A stretch of DNA of 64,000 bases from Bacteroidota bacterium (GCA_030682255.1 JAUXOK010000009.1:50428-114427); one strand, 5' to 3'; numbered from the stretch's first letter, positions 37,543-49,240 are shown. Numbers and translations are program-made. The notes: a model not told the origin generated them from the sequence alone.

Positions 37543-40500
37543 ATGAGTGCAGACAATCCAATATTAAATAGTCCTTATCTAGAACCTTTGCTACATTATA
37601 ACACAGACAGCGAAGGCAGTTTGGACTATACGGATATTCGCAAGGGACGAAGAATATTTAAAGCGGATTCCGCAGTTATTCCCACTAGACAAACGGGTCA
37701 AAGGGAAGTTTTTGAATGGAACGAAGATGCAGGCGAATATTTAACACATATCATCAACCTTTGCAGAAAAGAAGTAGGGCAATGGCGTGCAGCCAATTAC
37801 CCAAATACAACAAGAGTTACAAAAGAACTATTGACTTTTTGGTTTAACAATCCTGAAAGACTTATAACAAAAAAACTATTCTTTGCTCAACAAGAAGCTG
37901 TTGAAACCGCTATTTGGATAAATGAAGTTGCCGAGAAATCAAACGCAGGTCAACACATTTTAAACTTACTTCGCAACGGACAACACACAGTTAGTGATGA
38001 CACAGCAGACCAACTTCCGAGAATTGCTTTTAAAATGGCGACAGGTTCGGGCAAGACAGTTGTTATGGCTTGTTTAATTTGTTATCACTATTTCAACAGA
38101 CAAGAATACAGAAACGACACCCGATTTGCCGATTATTTTTTAATTGTTGCACCTGGCGTTACAATCAAAAGCAGATTAGGTGTTTTGTTCGTAGATACGA
38201 AAAACAAAAATCCAAAAGACATTGAAGATTATTACCGTGTTCGTGGGCTAATTCCTGCTAATATGGAACATCGTTTGGAAAATCTAAATGCAAGACTTGT
38301 CATTACCAATTACCACACATTTGAACCTAAAATTTTACAAGGCAATAAACGCAGTCCTTTTGATGGCAAAGTAGATTTACAAGGCAAGAAAATTGACACA
38401 GGGAACAAAGAAGATTTTTCGCAAGTAGTGAAACGTACTTTGGCGAAATTCAAAGCAGGAAGCAGAGTATTGATTCTAAATGACGAAGCACATCACTGCT
38501 ATTTACCAAAATCAAAAAGCAAAACAACTGACAATGAAGAAGCAGACGAAAACGCAAGAGCAGCCGTTTGGTTTAGCGGACTACGTGAAATTGCAAAGAA
38601 ATTCAAACTACAATCGGTTTATGATTTATCGGCAACACCATATTATTTGACAGGCTCGGGTTATACACCTTACAGTTTATTTCCTTGGGTAGTTTCTGAC
38701 TTTGGCTTAATAGAAGCGATTGAAAGCGGCTTAGTAAAAATTCCTTTCTTGCCAGAAAGCGACAACACACAAGAATTGACAATGCCAGTCTTGCGTAATT
38801 TGTACGACCACGTTAAAGATGAGCTTCCCAAAAAAGGATTAACTAAACGAAAAGCAGAAGCAAAAGCAGAAGGCAAAATATTTCAAGAAGAATTACCAAG
38901 GATTCCTTCACTGGTAAAAGGCGCATTAGACCAATTTTACAATCACTATGTTGAGTATTATAATGGCATAAGAAAACACAAAGAACAAAAAGCAAATATT
39001 TTTTCAGCTCCACCTGTATTTATCGTAGTATGTAATAATGTTTCTGTTTCAAAAGAAGTTTATAAGTATGTTGCGGGTTTTGAATACAATAACGAGGATG
39101 GAACATCAACAACAACAGTTCAAGGGGCAAAAGATTTGTTCAGCAATTACGACCCTGCTACAAATAAACCTTTGAAACGACCGCCAACATTGCTTATTGA
39201 CAGCGATGCATTGGAAAACGGAGAGCAAATAAATGACGATTTCAAAAAAATATTTTCTTCGGAAATAGAAGAATTTAAAAAAGACTATGCCCGAATGTAT
39301 GGGCAAGGAAGCACCGACAAAATTTCGGATGCTGAAATTCTTCGTGAAGTAGTAAACACAGTTGGACAGCAAGGAAAATTAGGTTCACACATTCGTTGTG
39401 TGGTTTCTGTATCTATGCTCACAGAAGGTTGGGATGCTAACACAGTAACACATATAATGGGTTTACGTGCCTTCGGTTCTCAATTGCTTTGTGAGCAAGT
39501 GGCAGGTAGAGCTTTGCGGAGAATGAGTTATCATTTGCAAGGTTATGATAAAGATGGAAACCCAACTGACGACAAACGCAAAATCGTAATCGAAAAATTT
39601 CCACCTGAATATGCTCACATCATAGGTGTTCCATTCAAAATGTTTAAAGGCGGAAAAACCGAACCGCCACCGCCACCAGTTGACTTAACACACATTGCTT
39701 CTATTCCAGACAGACAAGCAGCTATGGAAATTGATTTTCCAAATGTGGTTGGCTATCGAGTTGAAAACTTAGATGGTGATATAAAACACGATTTCAGCAA
39801 TATTGAAAACTATGAAATTTTCGGAATGCCAACAGTTACAGAAATGGCAAGTCCAATTTCTCCCAATAAAGAAATATTGGAAGTAAAAGGTGTATTGGAA
39901 AAACGTGACCAAGAATTAATTTTCCTTATCACCAAAGAACTTATTAAATACCATTTTAGCGATGAAGAAGGAAACCCACGTTTCCAAAAATTCAATAAGC
40001 TAAAAAGCATTGTGGAAGAATGGTACAACAAAAAAGTAATAGTTCTAAATCTTGAACCACAGTTTAGGAAACTACTTTATTTTGAAGACCCTAAAAAAAT
40101 AGTTGACCATATTGCCCGTGGTATCAATCCACAAAACAATACCACCGAACATATTCGACCTGTGTTTAACTATTACAACAAGTTTAGCAGCACAAAATAT
40201 GTAAATGGTAATACTGTAAAAGATGTTTACCCAACCGAAAAAAGCCACGTGAATTATGTGGTGATGGATAGCGATTGGGAAGGTATTTGTGCCAAAACTT
40301 TAGAAGAAATTAGCACAGTAGAATCGTATGTAAAAAATCAATTCTTAGGTTTTGCCATTCCTTATACTAAAGACGGAAAAGACAGACAATACTTCACCGA
40401 TTTTATTGCACGAGTAAAAAGCAAAGACGGTACTATCAAAAACTTGATGATAGAAATAAGCGGAATGAGTAAAGACAAAGCAGAAAAAAAATGGTTTGTT

Positions 40501-40632
40501 GAAAATCGTTGGATACCTGCTGTAAATGCTTTGAAAGAAAAATACGAATATCCCGAATGGCATTTTATTGAAATTGCAAACGATATTCGAAACATCAAAA
40601 ATCAATTAATCGAAAAAATCCAGAGTATATGA
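37543..40632 (+). CDS. res: Type III-like restriction enzyme Res subunit (SF2 helicase plus C-terminal nuclease-like region)
   Basis: Walker [13 protein letters not shown] box LNDEAHHC, motif III SATPY, motifs [12 protein letters not shown] ... [10 protein letters not shown]-terminal FTDF ... [11 protein letters not shown] is compatible with a PD-(D/E)xK-like core. Confidence 0.8.
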   Translation: MSADNPILNSPYLEPLLHYNTDSEGSLDYTDIRKGRRIFKADSAVIPTRQTGQREVFEWNEDAGEYLTHIINLCRKEVGQWRAANYPNTTRVTKELLTFWFNNPERLITKKLFFAQQEAVETAIWINEVAEKSNAGQHILNLLRNGQHTVSDDTADQLPRIAFKMATGSGKTVVMACLICYHYFNRQEYRNDTRFADYFLIVAPGVTIKSRLGVLFVDTKNKNPKDIEDYYRVRGLIPANMEHRLENLNARLVITNYHTFEPKILQGNKRSPFDGKVDLQGKKIDTGNKEDFSQVVKRTLAKFKAGSRVLILNDEAHHCYLPKSKSKTTDNEEADENARAAVWFSGLREIAKKFKLQSVYDLSATPYYLTGSGYTPYSLFPWVVSDFGLIEAIESGLVKIPFLPESDNTQELTMPVLRNLYDHVKDELPKKGLTKRKAEAKAEGKIFQEELPRIPSLVKGALDQFYNHYVEYYNGIRKHKEQKANIFSAPPVFIVVCNNVSVSKEVYKYVAGFEYNNEDGTSTTTVQGAKDLFSNYDPATNKPLKRPPTLLIDSDALENGEQINDDFKKIFSSEIEEFKKDYARMYGQGSTDKISDAEILREVVNTVGQQGKLGSHIRCVVSVSMLTEGWDANTVTHIMGLRAFGSQLLCEQVAGRALRRMSYHLQGYDKDGNPTDDKRKIVIEKFPPEYAHIIGVPFKMFKGGKTEPPPPPVDLTHIASIPDRQAAMEIDFPNVVGYRVENLDGDIKHDFSNIENYEIFGMPTVTEMASPISPNKEILEVKGVLEKRDQELIFLITKELIKYHFSDEEGNPRFQKFNKLKSIVEEWYNKKVIVLNLEPQFRKLLYFEDPKKIVDHIARGINPQNNTTEHIRPVFNYYNKFSSTKYVNGNTVKDVYPTEKSHVNYVVMDSDWEGICAKTLEEISTVESYVKNQFLGFAIPYTKDGKDRQYFTDFIARVKSKDGTIKNLMIEISGMSKDKAEKKWFVENRWIPAVNALKEKYEYPEWHFIEIANDIRNIKNQLIEKIQSI

Positions 40633-40964
40633 AAATAGAATGGACAGATTGGAGACCAATGCCCTCACCTGATAATTGCAAAGAAATTATTGGGCCAGAT
40701 GGTCCAGGTGTTTATCAAATAAGAAATAAAAATACAGATGAATTCATTCAATTTGGGGAAAGCAAAACCTGTCAATACAGAATGAAATCACTTTATCCAA
40801 AGCCATTTGGTATTGGAACAAGAAACAATGAAAGTAAAAGATTATATATTCTAAATAATTGGAAATTTCTAGAGTATAGAACAGCCAAAACAAACAGTAA
40901 AGAGGATGCTGTAAAAATAGATAGATACTTAAAATCATTAAACAACCATAAATTTAACACATAA
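40629..40964 (+). CDS. small GIY-YIG-like protein (tentative)
   Basis: 111 aa. GVYQI then EFIQFGES about 10 residues later, then R (QYRMKS), E (LEYR) and a terminal N, following the GIY...YIG...R...E...N spacing. ATGA overlap with the res stop. Confidence 0.4.
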   Translation: MKIEWTDWRPMPSPDNCKEIIGPDGPGVYQIRNKNTDEFIQFGESKTCQYRMKSLYPKPFGIGTRNNESKRLYILNNWKFLEYRTAKTNSKEDAVKIDRYLKSLNNHKFNT

Positions 40965-40968
40965 AAAC

Positions 40969-42684
40969 ATGTCATTTCAACCATCAAGAACCGAGACAAT
41001 TAAAACACTTTTTCACGGAAATAGATTTATTATTCCAGCCTACCAACGCAAATATTCTTGGAAATTTGACCAACGAAAAGCACTTTGGGACGATATAGGT
41101 GAAAACCTTACCATGAAGCACTTTATTGGCACACTTTGCTTTAAGAAAGTTGAAAATAGTACAGATGTTTTTTCGGATGTGTATGAAATTATTGATGGCC
41201 AACAACGCACTACAACTTTATTTATTTTATTAAATGTATTAATTGAAAAAATTACTAGTGATGAATTAAAGAATGGTTTTATTAACCTATATATAGGTTC
41301 GAAGGAAACACCAAAATTAGCGTCACTGGGAGTTGATCAAGATTTTTTGAACAATGTAATATTTGATTTTACAAGTATTATGGAAGACAAATTAATTGTT
41401 AGAAGTCAAATAAACCTATATGAAGCAAAAAAAGACTTTATAGGTTTATGTTCAAAATTTAGTCAAAAAGATATCGTTGACTGGATAACTTTTATTAGTA
41501 CAAACATTGAGATTCTTATTTTTAATGTTACACATCAAGCAGAAGCAGTAAAAATGTTTTCTGTTATAAATGATAGGGGGTTACCTTTATCAAACTTAGA
41601 TAAAACTAAGAGTTTATTAATGTTATATAGTACTCTTTATCTGAATGAAGAAATAAATGAAGAAATAAACACCAAATTTGGCGACATTTTCGACTCTTTC
41701 GATGAAATGGTTTTTCTTAAAAACAAGTTAAGTCTTTTTAGAACTTTAGATGATTATGATTTTGAAAACACCTTCTATACCCACTATTATTATACGGCTA
41801 AATGGCTTTTCCCTGATTGGGACTATCAACTTGGAGCTGACAATATCTTTAAACAACTTAAAAAATTGTGTGAAGAATCAAAAACAAATGTAGTTGATTT
41901 AAGATGGAACATTGAGGAATATGTGCGAGATTTTCATGGCTTTGCCTTGGCATATGTAGCACTATTAAGAAAAGTTGATCAAGATAAAAACTATCAAAAG
42001 TATTTTTTATATATGGAGTTTGCAGCAACATTATATCCATTGCTTGTTCGATTGCACGAGCAGAAGAAACTGGATGGTTTGCTTCGCATTATAGAAGTTG
42101 TAGAAATGCGTGTATATAAATTAAAAAACACCAATCCAAGAAGAAATATGTATTTCCTTTCTTCAAATATTATTGAGGAAGAATGGACAATTGAAGAAAT
42201 AGAAACAGAACTAACCAACTTTGTCAACAATTTTTGTAACGACTATTTTACAGAACAATACTTACTAGATCAGGTCGATAATAAGACATCTTTAGTGAGA
42301 TATACTTTATATAAACAAAATCTTGAAACTCACGGCCAAGATTTAACATTAGACGAATTTCGCAATCTGCAAGTCGAACATATCTTTAGTGTAAGTCCTA
42401 ATTTTGCAATCAAACAGTATGGTTTCGGTAAACATGAAACTTATAATTTAGAAATTGCAAAAATTGGAAACTTAACAATTTTGGAAAAGGCTATAAATAA
42501 AGATGTAAATAATATGGCTCCCACAGATAAGTTAAGTGGTTATCAAAAATCTAAAATAAATTTGAATAGTAATTTAATGGGTAATCTAAATAAATTTAAT
42601 AAAGAAGAAATTGCAAATAGAACCAATGAAATAATCGAATTCTTTATGAGTGAATTTTATATAACTGAAGAAACAACATCATAA
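40969..42684 (+). CDS. DUF262 + DUF1524 protein (GmrSD-like type IV restriction enzyme family)
   Basis: N-terminal [10 protein letters not shown] and [10 protein letters not shown] (DUF262 ParB-like NTPase). C-terminal [11 protein letters not shown] ... [13 protein letters not shown] (DUF1524 His-Me finger). Confidence 0.8.
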   Translation: MSFQPSRTETIKTLFHGNRFIIPAYQRKYSWKFDQRKALWDDIGENLTMKHFIGTLCFKKVENSTDVFSDVYEIIDGQQRTTTLFILLNVLIEKITSDELKNGFINLYIGSKETPKLASLGVDQDFLNNVIFDFTSIMEDKLIVRSQINLYEAKKDFIGLCSKFSQKDIVDWITFISTNIEILIFNVTHQAEAVKMFSVINDRGLPLSNLDKTKSLLMLYSTLYLNEEINEEINTKFGDIFDSFDEMVFLKNKLSLFRTLDDYDFENTFYTHYYYTAKWLFPDWDYQLGADNIFKQLKKLCEESKTNVVDLRWNIEEYVRDFHGFALAYVALLRKVDQDKNYQKYFLYMEFAATLYPLLVRLHEQKKLDGLLRIIEVVEMRVYKLKNTNPRRNMYFLSSNIIEEEWTIEEIETELTNFVNNFCNDYFTEQYLLDQVDNKTSLVRYTLYKQNLETHGQDLTLDEFRNLQVEHIFSVSPNFAIKQYGFGKHETYNLEIAKIGNLTILEKAINKDVNNMAPTDKLSGYQKSKINLNSNLMGNLNKFNKEEIANRTNEIIEFFMSEFYITEETTS

Positions 42685-42689
42685 ATACT

Positions 42690-45263
42690 ATGGCAAAGAA
42701 AGTTGAATCAATAAAACACAAAACCGATACCCGTGCCCACATTCCGAGTAAGGAAGAAGCAGGTTACGAAGATGCCAATGCCAAAGTGCAAGACGGAAAA
42801 AAGGTTTTAGAACTTCCTAAAAACCCTGTGGTGCATCGTGGACAAGACCCTGAATTGTTTTGGAAGAACAAATACGGCAATGACGACCGTGACGATTTGC
42901 TTCGGGTGGACATACGTAGCCTATACCGCCACGAACACATTGCACCCGAAACGCTGATAAAAAACTTATACAACGTAACCGAAACCAAAAGCGACCAAAT
43001 GGATTTGTTTAGTGTTAACGAACTTTTTGGTAATGCTTTGGATAAAGATGAAATAGAAAAAGTAAGCGAATATTACCACCATCAAGATGGCTGGACAAAC
43101 CGACTTATACAAGGCGATAGCCATTTGGTAATGGCAAGTTTATTAGAGAGAGAAGGTATGGCAGGGCAAGTACAAACATTTTATTTCGACCCACCTTATG
43201 GAATTAAATACGGTGGCAACTGGCAAATAAAATTGAACAACCGTGATGTAAAAGATGGAAATGATGAAGCATTGACGGGTGAACCTGAACAGATAAAAGC
43301 ATTTAGAGATACTTGGGAATTAGGTATCCATTCCTATTTAGGATATTTAAGGGATAGATTAATCATTGCAAAAGAAATGCTTACTGAAAGTGGTTCTTGC
43401 TTCATTCAAATTTCTGATGAAAATGTTCATTTGGTAAGAAATATAATGGATGAAGTTTTTGGAAGTGAAAATTTTTGCAATATGATTTCCTTCCAAAAAA
43501 CAGGAAGTATAGCTAGCAATGGACTAGGCACTACTGTTGATTACATAATTTGGTATTCAAAGGATAAATCGAAATTAAAATACAGACAACTTTATTTGCC
43601 ACGAAAGGCAGGACATCCATCTCTGGACAGGTATGATTATGTTGAATTACCAGATGGAAATATTTTTAAACTTACAATAGATTATATAAGGGGAGAAAAA
43701 GAAATACCAGAAGGTAAAAGGTTTGGATATACTCCTTTAATTTCGGATGGTGCTTCCAAGGAAAGCAAACCGTTCGTGTTTAATGGTGAAACATTTTACA
43801 CACCAGCTAATAAACATTGGAAAACCGACCCAGCTATTGGTGGTGAACGTTTGATTAAAAAAGGGAGAATTGCAAAAGTTGGCAATCAATTATGGTACAA
43901 AAGATATGTTGATGATTTTCCAATGATACCAATAAATGATAGATGGGAAAGTATTCAAATTGGAACAGGGTTGTTATATGTTGTACAAACTGCTGCTGAA
44001 ATTGTCAAACGCTGCATTCTAATGACTACTGACCCAGGCGATTTGGTTTTAGACCCTACGTGTGGTAGTGGTACTTCTGCTTTTGTTGCAGAACAATTTG
44101 GAAGAAGATGGATAACAATAGACACAAGTAGAATTGCCTTGAACATTGCCAAGCAACGTTTGATGACAGCCGTTTTTCCTTATTATACATTGCACGATAC
44201 ATTAAATTCGGATATACGCCAAGGTTTCAACTACAAAGAAGTTCCTCACATAATGTTAAAGGACATTGCTAATAATGAGCCATCTGAAAGTGAAAAATTA
44301 TATGACCTTCCAATTGAAGACAAAAAGTTACTTCGTGTAAGTGGCCCATTCACTGTTGAAACCTTACAAAACTTTGAGCCAATAAGCCCCGAAGCTTTGG
44401 ACGATGAAGTAAGAGTAAATGAAGAAGAAGGAGCGTTTGAAGAAGTAATCAAACAACACCTTATAAGTGCAGGAATTAAAAACGGAAGAAAAGATGAAAT
44501 GGTGGTTTTAAAACCTGACATACGTTCATTGAATAGTGAAACCTTGCATTTGGAAGGTTTCTATCAAACCGAAAAAGGAGAACAAAAAGTCTATATCCAC
44601 ATTGGTCCTAAATTTGGAACAGTAAGTAAAAAACAAGCAAACGATGCAATAAAAGAATGCAGATTAAGGGGAGATGCTCAATGGTTAGTTATACTTGGTT
44701 TTAGTTTTGAAAGCGATATTGAAGGCAGCAGCCAAACAACTAGTATGGGTAATTTCAAAGTAGATAAAGTTCGTATTCACGATGATTTGTTACAGGAAGG
44801 TTTGAAAAAGAAACCAGCCAAGTCAGCAGCCAGCTTTGTAACCATTGGCGAACCCGATATTGACCTAAACATTAAAGGCAAAGAAGCAATTGTTGAAATA
44901 AAAGGCTTAGACATTTACGACCCAATCAAAGACGAAGTAAAACCTAGGAATGTTCACGACATTGCTTATTGGATGGTGGACGAAGATTATGACGGTAGCA
45001 ACTTTGTAGTTAAACAAGTTTTCTTCTGTGGTGGCGAAAAATCTGAATTTGATAAATGGAAAAAAGGTTTATACAACCTAGCCAAAGACAGTACCAAAAA
45101 GAAAGTAGAGAAAACATTAAAAATTGAAATAGACGATGAAGCATTCGACCGTTTGTATGGACACATTTCTCATCCAATAGAAATCAAAAAGAAAGGACAA
45201 AAAATTGCTGTTAGAATCATCAGTCAATTTGGTGAAGAATGTACAAAGGTTTTAACTGCGTAA
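42690..45263 (+). CDS. mod: beta-class N6-adenine/N4-cytosine DNA methyltransferase (Type III Mod-like) with ~370-aa C-terminal extension
   Basis: Motif [10 protein letters not shown] precedes motif [26 protein letters not shown], separated by ~280 aa (TRD position as in Type III Mod). Confidence 0.8.
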   Translation: MAKKVESIKHKTDTRAHIPSKEEAGYEDANAKVQDGKKVLELPKNPVVHRGQDPELFWKNKYGNDDRDDLLRVDIRSLYRHEHIAPETLIKNLYNVTETKSDQMDLFSVNELFGNALDKDEIEKVSEYYHHQDGWTNRLIQGDSHLVMASLLEREGMAGQVQTFYFDPPYGIKYGGNWQIKLNNRDVKDGNDEALTGEPEQIKAFRDTWELGIHSYLGYLRDRLIIAKEMLTESGSCFIQISDENVHLVRNIMDEVFGSENFCNMISFQKTGSIASNGLGTTVDYIIWYSKDKSKLKYRQLYLPRKAGHPSLDRYDYVELPDGNIFKLTIDYIRGEKEIPEGKRFGYTPLISDGASKESKPFVFNGETFYTPANKHWKTDPAIGGERLIKKGRIAKVGNQLWYKRYVDDFPMIPINDRWESIQIGTGLLYVVQTAAEIVKRCILMTTDPGDLVLDPTCGSGTSAFVAEQFGRRWITIDTSRIALNIAKQRLMTAVFPYYTLHDTLNSDIRQGFNYKEVPHIMLKDIANNEPSESEKLYDLPIEDKKLLRVSGPFTVETLQNFEPISPEALDDEVRVNEEEGAFEEVIKQHLISAGIKNGRKDEMVVLKPDIRSLNSETLHLEGFYQTEKGEQKVYIHIGPKFGTVSKKQANDAIKECRLRGDAQWLVILGFSFESDIEGSSQTTSMGNFKVDKVRIHDDLLQEGLKKKPAKSAASFVTIGEPDIDLNIKGKEAIVEIKGLDIYDPIKDEVKPRNVHDIAYWMVDEDYDGSNFVVKQVFFCGGEKSEFDKWKKGLYNLAKDSTKKKVEKTLKIEIDDEAFDRLYGHISHPIEIKKKGQKIAVRIISQFGEECTKVLTA

Positions 45264-45273
45264 GAGTTTAAAT

Positions 45274-46017
45274 ATGTCAGTAAAGCAATCCATAACTAGA
45301 AAGAAAATTTCAGAGAATATATCTTCTGAAACACTTTTCACATTCACAGGTAAACTGGAATACTTAATTGGGATGTTACGTGACGGAATTAAACCCCGTT
45401 ATGTTTTTGAACGTTTGCCTTACAAGGAATATCATTATATAGTTCCCGTGAAATGCTTTTGTGATATTCCACTTGGCAAAATCAAATCACATTTAGAATG
45501 GTTTGGTAATTATGGACTAGGAATCAAAAGAAGCTTTCTTCAAGATAATGGCACAACTCCAATAATGTATGTTCACGAAAAATCGGACAGAATCTTTAAC
45601 ACCATTGACAAACTCACATTAGATGAATTAAAAAAAATGCCTTCGTTACCATTACTTAAAAGACATTTTGGATGGGACTACAAAGAGCAAGAAAATGGCG
45701 AGTATGATAAGAAACAAAGAAAATTCTATGATGAACGTGAATGGCGTTATGTTCCTTCAGAAACTGAAATTGAAGTTGGAAAAGGAATGACAATTGAAAA
45801 TGGAATAAAATACGCTAAGACCAAGAACATTGAAAATCAGATAAATATTAAACCATTAAAATTAACTCCTTCATTAATTGAGTATATAATAATTTATGAC
45901 AGGAAAGAATTTGAAGAACTCAGGAAAGCTTTAGAAGATTTATACAAAAACAAAAATGTTTATGAAGAAATGCTATCAAAAATATTAATTGCAAAACAAG
46001 TATTAAGAGACTTTTAG
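45274..46017 (+). CDS. AbiGi-family abortive-infection-like protein
   Basis: LFTFTGKLEYLIGMLRDGIKPRY ... VKCFCDIPLGKIKSHLEWFGNYGLGIKRSFL ... PIMYV matches the conserved N-terminal pattern of the AbiGi family as I recall it (LFHFT ... MVCFCDIPLS ... YG.YGIG). Confidence 0.65.
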   Translation: MSVKQSITRKKISENISSETLFTFTGKLEYLIGMLRDGIKPRYVFERLPYKEYHYIVPVKCFCDIPLGKIKSHLEWFGNYGLGIKRSFLQDNGTTPIMYVHEKSDRIFNTIDKLTLDELKKMPSLPLLKRHFGWDYKEQENGEYDKKQRKFYDEREWRYVPSETEIEVGKGMTIENGIKYAKTKNIENQINIKPLKLTPSLIEYIIIYDRKEFEELRKALEDLYKNKNVYEEMLSKILIAKQVLRDF

Positions 46018-46051
46018 CCCACGCTTTTTTGAGAAATGTGAGGCTATTTTT
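46014..46051 (+). terminator. probable terminator ending the RM/AbiGi operon
   Basis: TAGCCCAC ... GTGAGGCTA stem (one bulge) followed by T6. Overlaps the stop codon. Confidence 0.45.
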
Positions 46052-46166
46052 TCAATAGATACGTTTGTAATAAAAATCACCAACTTTTATAACTAAAAAC
46101 ATAACATGGATGTTTACCGACAACAAAAAAATAATACAATAAATAATTAACAACTGAAAATAAAAT

Positions 46167-47615
46167 ATGATAGAACTTTTAATCCCTTTAATTCTTATTG
46201 GTGCTTGGACAATTTTCAGTATCATATACATTAGACGTTTTAAGAATTTTCAAATTGATAAAAACAGGAACAAAAAATCTCTTTGGAATAATCAATATAT
46301 TTTTGATAGCATCCCTTCTGTATTTCCAACACTTGGAATACTTTGTACAGCATTAGGGATTACAATTGGAATATGGAGTTTTGACGCAAAAGACATTCAA
46401 AGTAGTATACCCCAATTATTAGGTGGGTTAAAACTAGCTTTTATTGCAACAATTTTGGGTATTGTAGGTTTAATTATCTTTCAAAAATGGAATTCAATTA
46501 TCCAAAAGAAAATTGATGATGACCCAGACAGACCAATAAAAGAAACTGATGAATTGTCTGCAATTTCTAATCTAACTTTTGCTGTTCAGCAACTTAATAA
46601 AGATAATAAAATAGAATTTGAAAACTTGATTAAATCATTTGGTAATGATATTGAGTTGAAAGTTTCTGCGAAACTTTCAACTCTTGAAAATGAAATAATC
46701 AATCTTCAAAAGGCAGCAAACGAAAATCAAATAACAAGTAGTATAGGACACAGGCAAATTGTTTCAGAAACCACTAAATCTAAAGAAGAACTTGTCGAGC
46801 AATTAAAAGAATTTAGAAAAGAACAAAAAGAAACATCCGATAGAGCAAATAGTAATACATCAGAAATAATTACAGCAATGAGTTCAAATAACAATCTTAT
46901 TAGTAAAAAATTCGATGAATTTACTGAACTACTAGCTAAGAACAATACTGAAGCATTAGTTGAAGTTATGAAAACGGCAACAGAACAATTTAATAATCAA
47001 ATGAGAGATTTAATTGATAGGTTAGTTCAAGAAAATTTTGCAGAATTGAATACAAGTGTTCAAAATCTAAATAACTGGCAAAAGGAAAATAAAGAACAAA
47101 TTGCAAAACTAACAAATCAATTTATTGATGTTTCTGAAAATTTACAAATTTCTTCGAAGACGTTAAGTAATGTTGCAAAAAATACAAACGAGCTTACAAA
47201 AGACAACGGAAAACTAAATGAATTAATCGTTTCTCTTCAAAATGTACTTATCAATGATACCAAGTTTGCTGAAATGACAGATAAAATTGACAGAGCAATT
47301 ACAAGTATAAAACTAGCGACAGATGAATTTGAAGAGATTACCAGTAACGTAAATAATTGGGCAAATAAACAATCTACTTTTAATGATAAAATACAAACTG
47401 TAATTGTTCAATTAGAAGAGTTTAAAAATTTTAATGGAACTCTTTGGGACAGCTACAGAAATGAAATGAGTATATCTGTTGGAATAATAAAGGAAGCAAG
47501 CGAAACTTTAAATTCAGATTTAACAGAAATTAACTCCCAATTCTATAACCGTCTAAATGATACGCTTACAAATTTGGACGAGCTTATTCAACGATTTATG
47601 GAAGGTAGAAGATGA
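46167..47615 (+). CDS. zorA: ZorA-like MotA/ExbB-family channel protein with ~350-aa coiled-coil tail
   Basis: Three TM helices including FPTLGILCTALGITIG and LKLAFIATILGIVGLIIF (MotA/TolQ/ExbB signature positions), then a long heptad-rich E/K/N/L region. Confidence 0.55.
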   Translation: MIELLIPLILIGAWTIFSIIYIRRFKNFQIDKNRNKKSLWNNQYIFDSIPSVFPTLGILCTALGITIGIWSFDAKDIQSSIPQLLGGLKLAFIATILGIVGLIIFQKWNSIIQKKIDDDPDRPIKETDELSAISNLTFAVQQLNKDNKIEFENLIKSFGNDIELKVSAKLSTLENEIINLQKAANENQITSSIGHRQIVSETTKSKEELVEQLKEFRKEQKETSDRANSNTSEIITAMSSNNNLISKKFDEFTELLAKNNTEALVEVMKTATEQFNNQMRDLIDRLVQENFAELNTSVQNLNNWQKENKEQIAKLTNQFIDVSENLQISSKTLSNVAKNTNELTKDNGKLNELIVSLQNVLINDTKFAEMTDKIDRAITSIKLATDEFEEITSNVNNWANKQSTFNDKIQTVIVQLEEFKNFNGTLWDSYRNEMSISVGIIKEASETLNSDLTEINSQFYNRLNDTLTNLDELIQRFMEGRR

Positions 47616-48343
47616 GCAAGAAAGAAACATTTTGGATACCTTACGCAGATTTAATGACTGTTTTAATGATCATATTTCTATTTATTTCACTTTCATACAT
47701 GGGTTTGGTTCAATTTCAGAAAAACCAACAAGATGAAATATTTAAAGAGTATAAACAAACTAAACAAACGCTATATAAAGAATTAGATAAAACATTTACT
47801 GAAAAATTCAAGGATTATAACTTAAAAGTTAACCCTGACTTATCAATTCAAATAACAGATGCAAATGCATTATTCCCAGTTCAATTTTATGACCAAGAAG
47901 TTATTTTAACAGATAGGTTTAAAACATTTTTAAATGAGTTTACACCTCTTTTTTTATCTATTATACTTAAAGACCAATACTTAGAAAGTATTTCAGAAAT
48001 TAGAATCGAGGGGCATACGGCTCTCCAAACAGAAGATAAAGAAAACGATAAGGTTTACTATCAAAAAATGCTAACACTTTCTCAAAAAAGGTCAAATAAA
48101 GTTCTTGAACATATGATGAATTTAAGTTATTATGACCAGTTAGCTGAATCAAAAAAAACTTTGCTTAGATTTATTACAACTTCTAATGGATTAGCATATG
48201 GTAAAGCCTTGGATTCAGAAGGAAATTTCAAGTTCTTATCAGGCAAATCGATAAATACAGAGAAATCAATGAGGGTTGAGTTTCGTATTGTTACAACTAG
48301 TGAAAAGTTAGTAGAGAAAGTATTAGAGCAATTAAATAAATAA
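47612..48343 (+). CDS. zorB: ZorB-like MotB/OmpA-family protein
   Basis: MotB-type N-terminus FWIPYADLMTVLMIIFLF with the conserved Asp. C-terminal OmpA-like IRIEGHTA ... LSQKRSNKVLEHM ... RVEFRIV. 4-nt overlap with the upstream gene. Confidence 0.6.
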   Translation: MSKKETFWIPYADLMTVLMIIFLFISLSYMGLVQFQKNQQDEIFKEYKQTKQTLYKELDKTFTEKFKDYNLKVNPDLSIQITDANALFPVQFYDQEVILTDRFKTFLNEFTPLFLSIILKDQYLESISEIRIEGHTALQTEDKENDKVYYQKMLTLSQKRSNKVLEHMMNLSYYDQLAESKKTLLRFITTSNGLAYGKALDSEGNFKFLSGKSINTEKSMRVEFRIVTTSEKLVEKVLEQLNK

Positions 48344-48344
48344 T

Positions 48345-49181
48345 ATGTTATACGATTTTAAACATAAAATCAAGTCTAGTCAAACAAAAACACTTTGTGA
48401 TTTTTTGGATGAACAAAACTATCAACAAGTTATAGGAATTGGTTTTCAAGTTATTCGAAGAGATTTAACACAGGAAGAAAGTGCAGGTAATATTTCATAT
48501 AGAAATGATGGTGTTTACTTGACTGTTAATGGTCAAGAATTTAAAGGATATATATATTTAAAATACAAAGTTCGTATTACTCAATATGGCTATCCAAAAT
48601 TTCATATAAAGAAATGTGGAACTTTGGAAAACGCAATTCAAAATGGAGACTTTTTAGGTAGATACTATTGGCATAATTCAAACACTGTTTCTATTGAAGA
48701 CAGACCAAGCGGAAACATTCACGAAGATATAAACCTTGAATTATGTGGTTATTGTCGTAGTTATAACTCACCAAGTTCCACACAAGAATTTTATAATGAA
48801 TTAGAAGAAAACAATGAATTAAATCAAGAAGAAGATATTGAAGTTGATATTTTCGGATATGTAAGAGAATGGCAGCGAATTAGTCAACAATATAAAACTA
48901 AAAAAGAGTATACTTGTGAAAAATGTAGCATTCAAATGATAGGAATTGACAAACGTTACATTCACACTGACCACATAAATGGAGATAAAACAAGGAATAT
49001 TGAAAGTAATTTTGAATGCCTATGTATTTTATGCCATTGTTATAAAGACGAACAGCACAGGCAAAATTTTGGTAAAAAAAGAATGAAAAGAGAACTTACT
49101 TCTTTCGTAAACAAGTATAGTAGCACTTTGCGTAACTTGCTGAACAGTCATTTAGACCAATTTGAATCAGACAACAGTTAA
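48345..49181 (+). CDS. zorE: ZorE-like HNH endonuclease-domain protein
   Basis: C-terminal CEKCS ... HTDHINGDKTRNIESNFECLCILCH is an HNH (His-Me finger) motif with Cys pairs. Starts 1 nt after the zorB-like stop. Confidence 0.55.
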   Translation: MLYDFKHKIKSSQTKTLCDFLDEQNYQQVIGIGFQVIRRDLTQEESAGNISYRNDGVYLTVNGQEFKGYIYLKYKVRITQYGYPKFHIKKCGTLENAIQNGDFLGRYYWHNSNTVSIEDRPSGNIHEDINLELCGYCRSYNSPSSTQEFYNELEENNELNQEEDIEVDIFGYVREWQRISQQYKTKKEYTCEKCSIQMIGIDKRYIHTDHINGDKTRNIESNFECLCILCHCYKDEQHRQNFGKKRMKRELTSFVNKYSSTLRNLLNSHLDQFESDNS

Positions 49182-49240
49182 TAAAATTATTTCAGCTGTT
49201 AAAAAATTGACAGTTAAGTATATAATCGATTGATTTTCAG

